A stretch of DNA of 64,000 nt from positions 22,223 through 86,222 of the forward strand of contig CAKZXZ010000178.1 of NCBI GenBank assembly GCA_937883775.1, read 5' to 3'. Every line of letters starts with the position of its first letter. Position 1 is the stretch's first letter. Positions 17,529 through 26,918 of this stretch are shown here, one piece after another. Both the position numbers and the translations under genes were made by a program. This stretch comes from an uncultured Rhodobacteraceae bacterium (GTDB lineage: Bacteria > Pseudomonadota > Alphaproteobacteria > Rhodobacterales > Rhodobacteraceae). Below the pieces are notes generated by a model. The model searched no databases and was not told where the DNA came from. It was given only the letters and a program-made list of their open reading frames with translations.

Positions 17529-17948
17529 GTGAAGAAAGAGCGCCTAAACGTGTATTTCGATCCGGCTCTGTCGGGCGAACTGGAGGCGCTGGCCGCCCGG
17601 CGGAAGGTCTCCAAATCGCAGATCGTGGAAGCGGCGCTCGCCACATTCCTGTCGCCCGATGGCGCCGATCAGCGGGAGGCCGCCATCGTTCGTCGCCTGG
17701 ATCGACTGACGCGGGCCGTCGAGCGCTTGGAACGAGATCAGTCTATCGGCAACGAAGCGATGGCGCTGTTCGTGAAGTTTTGGCTGACGACCACGCCGCC
17801 ATTACCCGACGAGATGCGCGAGGCTGCACAGGCATCGGGCAAGGAGCGCTATGACGGGTTTATCGAAGCGCTCGGGCGGCGATTGGCAAAAGGGAAAACG
17901 CTTACCAAGGAAGTCTCGGAAGATCTGAGTATGAAAGCCTTGGAATGA
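17529..17948 (+). CDS. CopG/ribbon-helix-helix family protein
   Basis: GTG start. KERLNVYFDPALSGELEALAARRKVSKSQIVEAALATFL is an RHH N-terminus. It sits in the conserved position between traG and trbB. Confidence 0.7.
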   Translation: MKKERLNVYFDPALSGELEALAARRKVSKSQIVEAALATFLSPDGADQREAAIVRRLDRLTRAVERLERDQSIGNEAMALFVKFWLTTTPPLPDEMREAAQASGKERYDGFIEALGRRLAKGKTLTKEVSEDLSMKALE

Positions 17949-18009
17949 CCGTAGAGATGCGCTTGCAGACACCCAATTAAAGATGTGCATCTAATTGCGG
18001 ACATTCAGC

Positions 18010-18741
18010 TCAGTGCACGGCGACTGGACGTAGTTCATCATCCGTGTCGAGACTGAATGTCTTCTGCCAGAGCGGTGTTTTTGTATAAATCGTCCGGTCC
18101 GAGGATGGATGCCGTCCGTCGAGTTCAGCTGCCTCCAGGTAACCAAGCCAGCTGAGCGGTTTCAGCACGTGCCACACTAGAAACGAGCAATGATCCCAAA
18201 ATTCGCGGTCTCCCGCACCAGAGCATTCAACGCCATAAAAGGTCTTTAGCAGTGCTGCTTCGCTTACTCCGCTGTGCGCCTCGACATTGATGACGTTGAG
18301 CCAAACGTCCCAGTTACCTGGGGCAATAAAGGGGAAGCGCTGCAAGCGACAATGATCGAACTCGAACAAAAATCCCTTTGTCAGTGCAGTTTGCAGGACG
18401 CCGGGCGTTTGAACCAAGGCCTCCGCCTTCTTGCTGAATTGCCACTTGCCTTTGACATGACGCCCGAGCCTCATAGAGATCATCAGCTCGTGCAAAGCCA
18501 AGACGGGGATGACGTCTTCTTCGTTCAGTACCTTTTGGATGCGCAGGAGCTTTTCAGCTGAGTATTCAGGCCAGTTGAAATTCTCAGCTGCCCAAGTTGC
18601 AACCTTTCGGTTGAATGCCTTGCCTTTCGTCAGGCCGATTCCGTCATTTTCCTGAGCGAAACCAACCGTTTTCCTCACTGCGTCAAGCAACTTGGAGCTG
18701 CCAAGCAATGGATCGGAATCATCAAGCGTTCTAACTTCCAA
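18010..18741 (-). CDS. hypothetical protein, no recognisable domain (orphan inside ICE backbone)
   Basis: 243-aa ORF with clean coding appearance and GC clearly lower than the neighbours. No motif I can name. Confidence 0.6.
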   Translation of the reverse strand: MEVRTLDDSDPLLGSSKLLDAVRKTVGFAQENDGIGLTKGKAFNRKVATWAAENFNWPEYSAEKLLRIQKVLNEEDVIPVLALHELMISMRLGRHVKGKWQFSKKAEALVQTPGVLQTALTKGFLFEFDHCRLQRFPFIAPGNWDVWLNVINVEAHSGVSEAALLKTFYGVECSGAGDREFWDHCSFLVWHVLKPLSWLGYLEAAELDGRHPSSDRTIYTKTPLWQKTFSLDTDDELRPVAVH

Positions 18742-18921
18742 GGATACCTTCCGGCCTCTGGTTCACGATATTACCTTCTCAACCGATATAAAGGGTTTGA
18801 GACGCTACTGTGAAGTCATTCGCTCGCGAGAAGCAGTCACTAAGCTGAGGCGTAGCGAAACCGGAAACGAGCCCGATGTGACAGATGCCGCAATAAGAAC
18901 GAATGGCCGTTTTCAATTTCA

Positions 18922-19569
18922 TCAGGTGGCGCTGAGCCTTGGCACTAGGCGCGGAGTACGACTGGCGTAAGCGTCCCATTCAGAGCCAAATTGATCAGCC
19001 ATCATTTGCTCCTCCTTTCCAACCCGCAACGCATAGAGCAGCGCGAAAAGAACAAGGCCAATGAGGCCAGCGATCCAGTTGGTCAAAAGTAGCGCCTGTG
19101 CCAGTGTGATCAAAAAGATCGCCGAATACATAGGGTGCCGCATATGACTGTAGATGCCGCACGTCACAAGAGCGTGCCCCTTTCGTAGCTCCAGATGCGC
19201 TGACCAGAACGCCCCAAGATCGCGATGAGAGCAATAGAAGACGAACGAACCGGCGATCCATACAACGCCACCAAAAATGTACTGTGCTGGCAGAGCCGGA
19301 TAGGCCGCAAAATCGAGCAATGGTGTGGCTAGCGCAAGAAGTGGAACGACAACCATTCCGATCCCAACCACGAAGGCGAGTGCACGCTCACGGCTTCTAC
19401 CTGTCTCTTGCGTAACTTCAAGCGGTTGAGAGTCTGTCAGACACATCCGGATGGTGTACCAAGAGGCCATAAATGCGATGAACAATATCGTCGCGTAGGG
19501 AGCTTCGCGCCATAGGGCGATGCTGCTGACAACAGCCATAATTGCGTAGGGAACGAATTTGCCGAACAT
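18922..19569 (-). CDS. isoprenylcysteine carboxyl methyltransferase (ICMT/PEMT-like) family membrane protein
   Basis: Multi-TM protein. C-terminal HALVTCGIYSHMRHPMYSAIFL...EEQMMADQFGSEWDAY is typical of the ICMT family. Confidence 0.75.
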   Translation of the reverse strand: MFGKFVPYAIMAVVSSIALWREAPYATILFIAFMASWYTIRMCLTDSQPLEVTQETGRSRERALAFVVGIGMVVVPLLALATPLLDFAAYPALPAQYIFGGVVWIAGSFVFYCSHRDLGAFWSAHLELRKGHALVTCGIYSHMRHPMYSAIFLITLAQALLLTNWIAGLIGLVLFALLYALRVGKEEQMMADQFGSEWDAYASRTPRLVPRLSAT

Positions 19570-19639
19570 AGCACATCTCGCTTCTGATTGCGGTTTCAGT
19601 CGCGGGCATGAAAGCTAGCTGTGGTACGTATTTTGAACT

Positions 19640-19662
19640 AGTTGCGAATGATTCGCAACTAT
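19640..19662. promoter_or_regulatory. perfect 10-bp inverted repeat TAGTTGCGAA-TGA-TTCGCAACTA
   Basis: Lies 71 nt upstream of the ICMT start. On the plus strand it is followed by T-rich TTTCAATTTTC. Operator or terminator-like. Confidence 0.45.
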
Positions 19663-19951
19663 TTCAATTTTCATTGGCCGACGTCAAGTCCGGCCATTTG
19701 CCGAGAAAGCAGCCGTTGTAGTATTCGAAGCGAAGGTAGGGATTGTCCCGCGTCTTTCCAGTTGATGCGCGATGCCGCGAAAGGCAGCTGGTTCTAGACC
19801 TGTCGTTCGTGCGTCGTGCGGCGAAGGTGTCGAAAGAGCCAAAAATGCATGATGCTGCAACTTGGATGAATGGCCGCTGCGCGGGCGGGCTGCCGGGACG
19901 TGGAAAGCTCCGTGTCCCTGCAAAACAATTGCTTCGACCGCTGGGCGCAAC

Positions 19952-20452
19952 CTAGTTGTTAGCGTCTTCCGGGCCAAGGGGTCGACCAAACGCAACCGCT
20001 GCCGTCACCGGGTTAAAGTACTCGGTGATCTCGACAATGCGACCGTCCTCAAAATCCAAGCGCCAGACATAGAGGTTCCCGTAAGGCCGTCCGTCCGCGA
20101 GAACCATATCACCTCGATTTTCGACAAAAGCCGTCTCCCCATCAAGGGACAGGGTGATCTCGGCCTCGACGAACGACACGGTCGGAATGAACTGGCCCGC
20201 ACTTTCAAAGTAGGCCATCACCTCTTCCTTGCCGGTGAAAACCCGAAAGGCGTCCGGTGTGGTCGATCCGCTCGCCGAAAAAGGCAACGTGTTGACGACG
20301 TCATCGGACATAAGTGCCGCGAGAATTTCAAAATCACCCTGCTCCAATGCCCCAAAGAAAGCTTTGGTGCTTTCGCGGGTCGTGTCGGCGTCAGCCGATG
20401 CTATTGTTGCCGTTGCCCCGACGAGGGCGATGGTGGAGAGAATTTTGCGCAT
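19952..20452 (-). CDS. secreted NTF2/SnoaL-like protein
   Basis: Signal peptide MRKILSTIALVGATATIASA. FFGALEQGDFEILAALMSDDVV...YVWRLDFEDGRIVEITEYFN is the NTF2-fold pattern. Confidence 0.7.
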   Translation of the reverse strand: MRKILSTIALVGATATIASADADTTRESTKAFFGALEQGDFEILAALMSDDVVNTLPFSASGSTTPDAFRVFTGKEEVMAYFESAGQFIPTVSFVEAEITLSLDGETAFVENRGDMVLADGRPYGNLYVWRLDFEDGRIVEITEYFNPVTAAVAFGRPLGPEDANN

Positions 20453-20561
20453 GAGGATGCCTTTCTGATTGCCTGACGGTATTGATCTCGTTGTTTAAAT
20501 CGGGCGATATGGCATAGTTTCCAGACTATGAAACGATAAGTTCGATAGGTAGGAGCTATCA

Positions 20562-21428
20562 GTGGGTAAACTGGATTTGGCGGACTATCGCGCCATCGTC
20601 GCAATCCTTTCCCACAGGCACTTTGGTCGTGCGGCGGAACATCTGGGTATCAGCCAACCGTCACTCACATCCCGGCTGAAACGTATGGAGGATCGCCTTG
20701 GCGCGCGCTTTTTTGAACGAGACCGCAAAGGGGTCGAGCCGACGGCAGTCGGTCTTGCCTTGTTTGATGCCGCCGAAGACGTCCTGATGTCGGCTGAAAC
20801 TGCAGAGCTTGCGGCAAGCGACGCGGCACAAGGGCGCGGGCAAATCATCAAGGTCGGTTTCACGCAGATCGCGGCACAAACGGTTCTGGTTGGTCCGCTT
20901 TCCGCGATCCGCTTGCATCATCCCAAAGTGAGATTGCGGCTCATCGAAGCATCCAGTGCACAGCTCGAACGTGCATTGGAGGCGCGCGCGATGGATCTCG
21001 CATTTCTTCATCCGCCAACTCAGGTCACGGGTCTGCGGCAAAAGGTGGTCCATGTGTGTTCCGGTGTTCGCCTACAGCTCTGCCCCGAAGGCGTGGACGA
21101 CACGGTGATCGGCTATCCCAACGCGGACGCGCCTGTTTTGATGAGCGCCTTGGCCGAGCAGCTCGAAGAAGAGGCATCGGGCGAAGAGTTCGTCAGTGTT
21201 GCGGATACGGTGTTGGGTGCGATTGCGCTTTCGCGAGCCGGATACGGACAAGCTGTAACACCGCTTGGCTACGACCACCCTTTAATCTCCGATGCGCCCC
21301 GGCGGCGCGAGGCCGCCGTTGCATTGACGTTGCAGACCGCAATCGCCACCCGTGCAACAGACCGGCGTCCATTGATCACAGAATTGTTCGACCTCGCCAT
21401 TGGGGCGACCCAATCGACCAAAAGTTGA
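20562..21428 (+). CDS. LysR-family transcriptional regulator
   Basis: HTH YRAIVAILSHRHFGRAAEHLGISQPSLTSRLKRMEDRLG. Divergent from the NTF2-like gene. Confidence 0.85.
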   Translation: MGKLDLADYRAIVAILSHRHFGRAAEHLGISQPSLTSRLKRMEDRLGARFFERDRKGVEPTAVGLALFDAAEDVLMSAETAELAASDAAQGRGQIIKVGFTQIAAQTVLVGPLSAIRLHHPKVRLRLIEASSAQLERALEARAMDLAFLHPPTQVTGLRQKVVHVCSGVRLQLCPEGVDDTVIGYPNADAPVLMSALAEQLEEEASGEEFVSVADTVLGAIALSRAGYGQAVTPLGYDHPLISDAPRRREAAVALTLQTAIATRATDRRPLITELFDLAIGATQSTKS

Positions 21429-21788
21429 CCTTGGAGCGATCGCAGCAAAAGCTAACAAAGTCCCGCACTTCGATGGTCCGACGAGGATGCGGCGAAGAGA
21501 CAATCTCGGTGCGAGCAAAATTGACGGCCGCCAACGACCAGAATGACGACCTGTACTATGCCGCAGCGCTCAACGTCCGGCCTGCACGAAGAAATGCTGC
21601 GTCAGCGAAGCGGCAAAATCCAAAGTCGGCAAAGTGCGCCAACCTGACCTCTCCTTTCAAAGCATAGAGCGCCGCCAGCACATTCGCCTGCCTTTCCACG
21701 CCACCACACTACTACGCCGTCAAACCTGTTGCCGATCACTTATTAAAGGTCTTCTTGATCGACCCCGTAACCAATTGCGGGGCCGCGA

Positions 21789-22772
21789 ATGACCGTCCAC
21801 ACACTCAAATCAGCAGCGATCGAGCGCGGTTCCCGCATGCTCCGCACGGCGCTTGGCGCGGATATCGCGGCGTGGCTCGACGAAGACGCCGTTGTCGAAG
21901 TCATGCTCAACCCGTGCGGCCGCCTCTGGGTCGACCGGCTCGGTGACGGCCTCTGCGATACGGGGACCGTTCTGTCGGCAGAAGACGGCGAGCGGATCAT
22001 TCGCCTCGTCGCCCATCATGTCGGCGCCGAAGTCCATGCGGATGCGCCGCGCGTCTCCGCCGAGTTGCCCGGAACGGGCGAACGCTTTGAGGGATTACTG
22101 CCGCCTGTCGTCGCAGCCCCGACCTTTGCAATCCGCAAACCGGCCGTCGCCGTCTTCACCCTCGACGACTACGTCCGCGCCGGAATCATGGACGGTACCG
22201 CCGCTGAGGCGCTCCGTGAGGCGGTCGCATCGCGTGCCAACATCCTCGTCGCCGGCGGTACATCCACGGGCAAGACGACGCTCACCAACGCGCTGCTCGC
22301 CGAGATTGCCAAGACGTCCGACCGTGTCGTCCTCATCGAAGACACCCGCGAGCTGCAATGCACCACGCCCAACCTGGTCGCGCTGCGCACCAAGGATGGC
22401 GTCGCGACGCTCTCCGACCTGGTCCGCTCATCGCTCCGCCTGCGCCCGGATCGCATCCCGATCGGCGAGGTGCGCGGGGCCGAAGCGCTCGATCTCCTCA
22501 AAGCCTGGGGCACGGGACATCCCGGCGGGATCGGGACCATCCACGCGGGCTCCGCTATCGGCGCGTTGCGCCGACTCGAACAGCTCATCAAGGAAGCCGT
22601 CGTCACCGTCCCGCGCGCCCTGATCGCGGAGACGATCGACGTGCTCGCGATCCTTCAGGGGCGCGGCAGCGATCGTCGCCTCGCCGACCTCGCGCGCGTT
22701 ACCGGCCTGACTGCCGATGGCGACTACGCGCTTCAACCCCTTCTCACCAACCCGAAAGGACCCGCCACATGA
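21789..22772 (+). CDS. trbB: P-type conjugative transfer ATPase TrbB (VirB11 family)
   Basis: Walker [25 protein letters not shown], and [11 protein letters not shown] (His box). Confidence 0.9.
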   Translation: MTVHTLKSAAIERGSRMLRTALGADIAAWLDEDAVVEVMLNPCGRLWVDRLGDGLCDTGTVLSAEDGERIIRLVAHHVGAEVHADAPRVSAELPGTGERFEGLLPPVVAAPTFAIRKPAVAVFTLDDYVRAGIMDGTAAEALREAVASRANILVAGGTSTGKTTLTNALLAEIAKTSDRVVLIEDTRELQCTTPNLVALRTKDGVATLSDLVRSSLRLRPDRIPIGEVRGAEALDLLKAWGTGHPGGIGTIHAGSAIGALRRLEQLIKEAVVTVPRALIAETIDVLAILQGRGSDRRLADLARVTGLTADGDYALQPLLTNPKGPAT

Positions 22773-23104
22773 CCACTAGGCTCAATCTCCTCTATCCCCG
22801 CTGGCCCATCTATGTCAGCGCCGCCGCGATCGGCTTTCTGTTGGCCGCCGGACAGGCCGAGGCCGCAGGGTCCGGCATGCCTTGGGAAGCGCCGCTTCAG
22901 GCGATCTTGGAGTCGATCGAAGGGCCGGTTGCCAAGATCGTCGCGGTCATGATCATCATCATCACCGGCCTGACGCTTGCGTTTGGCGACACCTCGGGTG
23001 GCGCGCGTCGGCTTGTCCAGATTGTGTTCGGCCTGTCGATCGCCTTCGCCGCATCGAGCTTCTTCCTGTCCTTCTTCTCCTTCGGCGGCGGCGCACTGGT
23101 ATGA
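22769..23104 (+). CDS. trbC: TrbC/VirB2 pilin
   Basis: ATGA overlap with trbB. Signal peptide plus two TM helices: MPWEAPLQAILESIEGPVAKIVAVMIIIITGLTLAFG. Confidence 0.85.
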   Translation: MTTRLNLLYPRWPIYVSAAAIGFLLAAGQAEAAGSGMPWEAPLQAILESIEGPVAKIVAVMIIIITGLTLAFGDTSGGARRLVQIVFGLSIAFAASSFFLSFFSFGGGALV

Positions 23105-23370
23105 GCGATCCGACCGACATCCCCGGCTTCACCGCACCCGTGCATCGCGCGCTCACGGAGCCGATCCTGCTTGGCGGCGCGCCACGGACCATCGCAATCG
23201 CCAACGGCACCATTGCGGCCGCTGTGGGTCTGGGCCTCCGGCTTTGGCTGGTCGGGCTCGCTCTCTGGGCCATCGGTCACATGCTGGCAGTCTACGCCGC
23301 CAAGCGCGATCCGCAGATCGCCGATGTCGCGCGCCGTCACCTCCGCTACCCGACCTGGATGGGGGTGTGA
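23101..23370 (+). CDS. trbD: TrbD (VirB3 family)
   Basis: ATGA overlap with trbC. VHRALTEPILLGGAPRTIAIANG...AKRDPQ. Confidence 0.85.
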   Translation: MSDPTDIPGFTAPVHRALTEPILLGGAPRTIAIANGTIAAAVGLGLRLWLVGLALWAIGHMLAVYAAKRDPQIADVARRHLRYPTWMGV

Positions 23371-23377
23371 TCCGTTG

Positions 23378-25873
23378 ATGCGCCTCGCCGAATACCGCTC
23401 CAAAGCCGCGCTGCTCGCCGATTTCCTGCCCTGGGCCGCAATGATCGGCGAGGGCGTGATCCTGAACAAGGACGGCAGTTTCCAGCGCTCGGCGCGGTTC
23501 CGCGGTCCCGATCTCGACTCCGCGACGCCTGCCGAGCTGGTCGCGACAGCCGCGAGGCTCAACAGTGCATTGCGCCGCCTCGGCTCGAGATGGGCGGTCT
23601 TCGTCGAGGCGCAGCGCATCCCGGCGCGTGACTATCCGCTCTCCGAGTTTCCCGATCCCATCTCCACGCTGATCGACGCGGAGCGGCGCGCGCAATTCGA
23701 AGAAGCCTCATCCCACTATGAGAGTCGATATTTCCTGACGCTGACCTGGATGCCGCCCGCCGACGATACGAACCGGGCAAGTAGCTGGCTGTTCGAGGAT
23801 GCGCCGAGCAAAGGTGCCAATCCCAAAGAACACCTAGCGGCGTTCCGGTCACGCTCGGACCGCCTGCTCGATCTCTTCGAGGGCTTCATGCCCGAGACCG
23901 CCTGGCTCGATGACGCGGAGACGCTGTCTTATCTGCATTCGACGATCTCGACACGGGCACAGTCCGTCCGCGTGCCCGAGACGCCGATGCATCTCGACGC
24001 CTATCTGGCGGACGAGCCGCTAGTTGCCGGGCTCGCGCCAAAGCTCGGCGAGGCGCATCTGCGCACGCTCTCCATCGTCGGCTTCCCGACCTCGACCTGG
24101 CCAGGACTTCTCGACGAACTCAACGCACAAGCCTTCGAGTATCGCTGGGCAACGCGTGCCATCTGCCTCGACAAGACCGACGCGACCAAGCTCTTCACAC
24201 GCATCCGACGCCAATGGTTCGCGAAGCGCAAATCTGTCGCCGCGATCCTGAAGGAGGTGATGACCAACGAGGCCTCGACGCTTCTGGATTCCGACGCCGA
24301 TAACAAAGCGCTCGACGCCGACGAGGCTCTACAGGAACTCGGAAGCGACATCGTCGGCGCGGCCTATGTCACCGCGACGATCACGGTCTGGGACGCTGAC
24401 GAACGCGCGGCAGACGCCAAGATCAAGCTAACCGAGAAGGTTGTGCAGGGCCGCGACTTCACCTGTATCCCGGAAACGCTCAACGCCATCGAGGCCTGGC
24501 TCGGATCCTTGCCGGGGCATCTCTACGCGAATGTCCGGCAACCGCCGATCTCGACGCTCAATCTCGCGCATATGATTCCGATCTCGGCGGTCTGGGCCGG
24601 ACCAGCGCTCAACGAACATCTGGGCGGTCCGCCACTTTTCTATGCCGAGACCCAAGGCGCGACGCCCTTCCGCTTCTCGACCCATGTCGGCGATGTCGGC
24701 CACACGCTCGTTGTCGGCCCAACCGGTGCGGGCAAATCCGTGCTGCTGGCGCTCATGGCGCTGCAGTTCCGCCGCTATGACGACGCACAGATCTTCGCCT
24801 TCGATTTCGGGGGCTCGATCCGCTGCGCGACGCTGGCCTGCGGCGGGGATTGGGAAGATCTCGGTCTCGCGCTGTCTGACGAAGACGACGCGGTCCAGTT
24901 GCAGCCGCTCGCGCGGATCCACGATGCTGCGGAACGCAGCTGGGCGCAGGACTGGCTCGCAGGGCTGCTCGCCCGTGAAGGGGTGACGGTCGACCCGATA
25001 GCGCGGGACCATCTCTGGTCGGCGCTGACCTCGCTTGCCTCGGCGCCAGTCGAAGAACGCACGCTGACGGGCCTTTCAGTCCTGCTGCAATCGAACGATC
25101 TCAAACGTGCGCTCGCCCCGTTCTGTCTCGGCGGACCCTTCGGACGTCTTCTCGACGCCGAAAGCGAAGCGCTCGGCAGCGCCGACTTCCAGGCCTTCGA
25201 GACGGAGGGGCTGATCGGCTCCGCCGCTGCGCCAGCCGTTCTCGCCTATCTCTTCCATCGGATCGAGGCGCGCCTCGACGGGCGGCCGAGCCTCATCATT
25301 GTCGACGAGGGCTGGCTCGCACTCGACGACGCCACCTTCGGCTCGCAGCTGCGCGAATGGCTGAAGACGCTGCGCAAGAAAAACGCGAGCGTCATCTTCG
25401 CCACCCAATCGCTGGCCGATATCGACGGCTCGGACATCGCGCCCGCCATCGTCGAGAGCTGTCCGACCCGCATCTTCCTGCCCAACGAGCGAGCCTTCGA
25501 GCCGCAGATCGCCGCCACCTACCGCAGCTTCGGGCTCAACGACCGGCAGATCGAGATCGTCGCAAGGGCGACGCCCAAACGCGACTATTACTGCCAGTCG
25601 CGCCGCGGCAACCGGCTCTTCGCGCTCGGTCTCGGCGAGGTCGCGCTCGCCTTTACCGCCGCGTCTTCGAAATCTGATCACGCCGCCATTGATACAATCC
25701 TCGAAAAGCACGGACGCCAGGGCTTCGCCGCCGCCTGGCTCGCCCGTCGTGATCTCGGCTGGGCGACCGAACTGCTCGGTCCCTCCGATGCCGTAATCGA
25801 AGCCACCCCATCCGCAACCCCTGAAGCAAACGACGACAAGGAGAAGACTGATGCTCAGAACCAAGACACGTAA
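23378..25873 (+). CDS. trbE: conjugal transfer ATPase TrbE (VirB4 family)
   Basis: MRLAEYRSKAALLADFLPWA...VILNKDGSFQRS. Walker A VVGPTGAGKSVLL. Walker B SLIIVDEGW. Confidence 0.9.
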   Translation: MRLAEYRSKAALLADFLPWAAMIGEGVILNKDGSFQRSARFRGPDLDSATPAELVATAARLNSALRRLGSRWAVFVEAQRIPARDYPLSEFPDPISTLIDAERRAQFEEASSHYESRYFLTLTWMPPADDTNRASSWLFEDAPSKGANPKEHLAAFRSRSDRLLDLFEGFMPETAWLDDAETLSYLHSTISTRAQSVRVPETPMHLDAYLADEPLVAGLAPKLGEAHLRTLSIVGFPTSTWPGLLDELNAQAFEYRWATRAICLDKTDATKLFTRIRRQWFAKRKSVAAILKEVMTNEASTLLDSDADNKALDADEALQELGSDIVGAAYVTATITVWDADERAADAKIKLTEKVVQGRDFTCIPETLNAIEAWLGSLPGHLYANVRQPPISTLNLAHMIPISAVWAGPALNEHLGGPPLFYAETQGATPFRFSTHVGDVGHTLVVGPTGAGKSVLLALMALQFRRYDDAQIFAFDFGGSIRCATLACGGDWEDLGLALSDEDDAVQLQPLARIHDAAERSWAQDWLAGLLAREGVTVDPIARDHLWSALTSLASAPVEERTLTGLSVLLQSNDLKRALAPFCLGGPFGRLLDAESEALGSADFQAFETEGLIGSAAAPAVLAYLFHRIEARLDGRPSLIIVDEGWLALDDATFGSQLREWLKTLRKKNASVIFATQSLADIDGSDIAPAIVESCPTRIFLPNERAFEPQIAATYRSFGLNDRQIEIVARATPKRDYYCQSRRGNRLFALGLGEVALAFTAASSKSDHAAIDTILEKHGRQGFAAAWLARRDLGWATELLGPSDAVIEATPSATPEANDDKEKTDAQNQDT

Positions 25874-26630
25874 ACTCGCCGGACGCGCTGCCGCGGCCTT
25901 GCTGCTGTCGAGCGCGATCGCGCTTTCACCGGCAACCGCCCCGCCTGCCCATGCGCTCTTCGGCGGCGGGTTTGGCGGAATCGTCTACGATCCGACCAAC
26001 CACGCCGAGAACCTGCTGACCGCCGCGCGAACGCTGGAGCAGATCAACAACCAGATCGCCCAGCTCCAGAACGAGGCGCAGATGCTGGTCAACCAAGCCC
26101 GCAATCTCGCGAGTCTGCCGTATTCTTCGCTCTCACGCCTGCAGTCCTCCGTGCAGCAGACCCAGCAGCTCTTGGGCGAAGCGCAGCGGATCGCCCATAA
26201 CGTGGCGACGATCGATGAGGCCTTTACGCAGGACTACGGGGCCGTCGCCGCGCGGGGCGATTTCGACGATATGATCGCGGGCGCTCAGGATCGCTGGCGC
26301 ACCTCCGTTGCTGGGTTTGAAGATGCGCTCAAGGTTCAGGCCGGCGTCGTAGGCAATATCGAAACCGCCCGCGCCGAGATGCAGGCGCTCGTCGGCCGCA
26401 GCCAGGCCGCGACCGGCGCCTTACAGGCGACCCAGGCCGGTAATCAACTCCTCGCGCTCCAGAGCCAGCAGATTTCGGACCTGACGGCCGCGATCGCCGC
26501 GCAGAACCGCGCACAATCGCTTGAAGCTGCGCGAGTCGCGACGGCCGAAGCGCAAGCGCGCGAGAACCTCACCCGCTTCCTCGACTACGGTTCCAGCTAT
26601 GAGCCGACCACCGTGCGGATGTTCCGGTAG
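25851..26630 (+). CDS. trbJ: TrbJ (VirB5-like)
   Basis: Signal peptide, then VYDPTNHAENLLTAARTLEQINNQIAQLQNEAQML, a coiled-coil typical of TrbJ. Confidence 0.85.
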   Translation: MLRTKTRKLAGRAAAALLLSSAIALSPATAPPAHALFGGGFGGIVYDPTNHAENLLTAARTLEQINNQIAQLQNEAQMLVNQARNLASLPYSSLSRLQSSVQQTQQLLGEAQRIAHNVATIDEAFTQDYGAVAARGDFDDMIAGAQDRWRTSVAGFEDALKVQAGVVGNIETARAEMQALVGRSQAATGALQATQAGNQLLALQSQQISDLTAAIAAQNRAQSLEAARVATAEAQARENLTRFLDYGSSYEPTTVRMFR

Positions 26631-26636
26631 GCCGCG

Positions 26637-26915
26637 GTGAAACTGACCGCCGAGACCATTCTGAAAGGGATCGCCATCGCCTTGGGCACCATCGCCGCGC
26701 TTATGGCGGCGGTGGAACTTCATCGCGCGCTTGAGGATGAGCGTTCGGCAGAGCCCTCCGCCGTAGTCTCGGACGATCCGCTCCGGGAGACCTTGCAGCG
26801 CTGCCGCTCGCTGACCTCGGAAGCGCTGGAAGCCGACACCCAGTGTCAGGCCGCCTGGGAAGAGAACCGCCGCCGGTTCTTCGGCACGTCCACCGACAAT
26901 TCGGACACGGAGTAG
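26637..26915 (+). CDS. TrbK-alt-like putative entry-exclusion protein
   Basis: GTG start, one TM helix, and C..L....A..D.QCQAAWEENRRRFFG. Sits between trbJ and trbL. Confidence 0.6.
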   Translation: MKLTAETILKGIAIALGTIAALMAAVELHRALEDERSAEPSAVVSDDPLRETLQRCRSLTSEALEADTQCQAAWEENRRRFFGTSTDNSDTE

Positions 26916-26918
26916 GCC

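Noticed and set aside
21429-21788. 360-bp gap before trbB with several short protein-like reading frames on the minus strand
   Set aside because: The frames are broken by stops every 30-40 codons and match nothing I recognise. They are most likely a remnant at the right edge of the 3.8-kb insertion rather than a gene.
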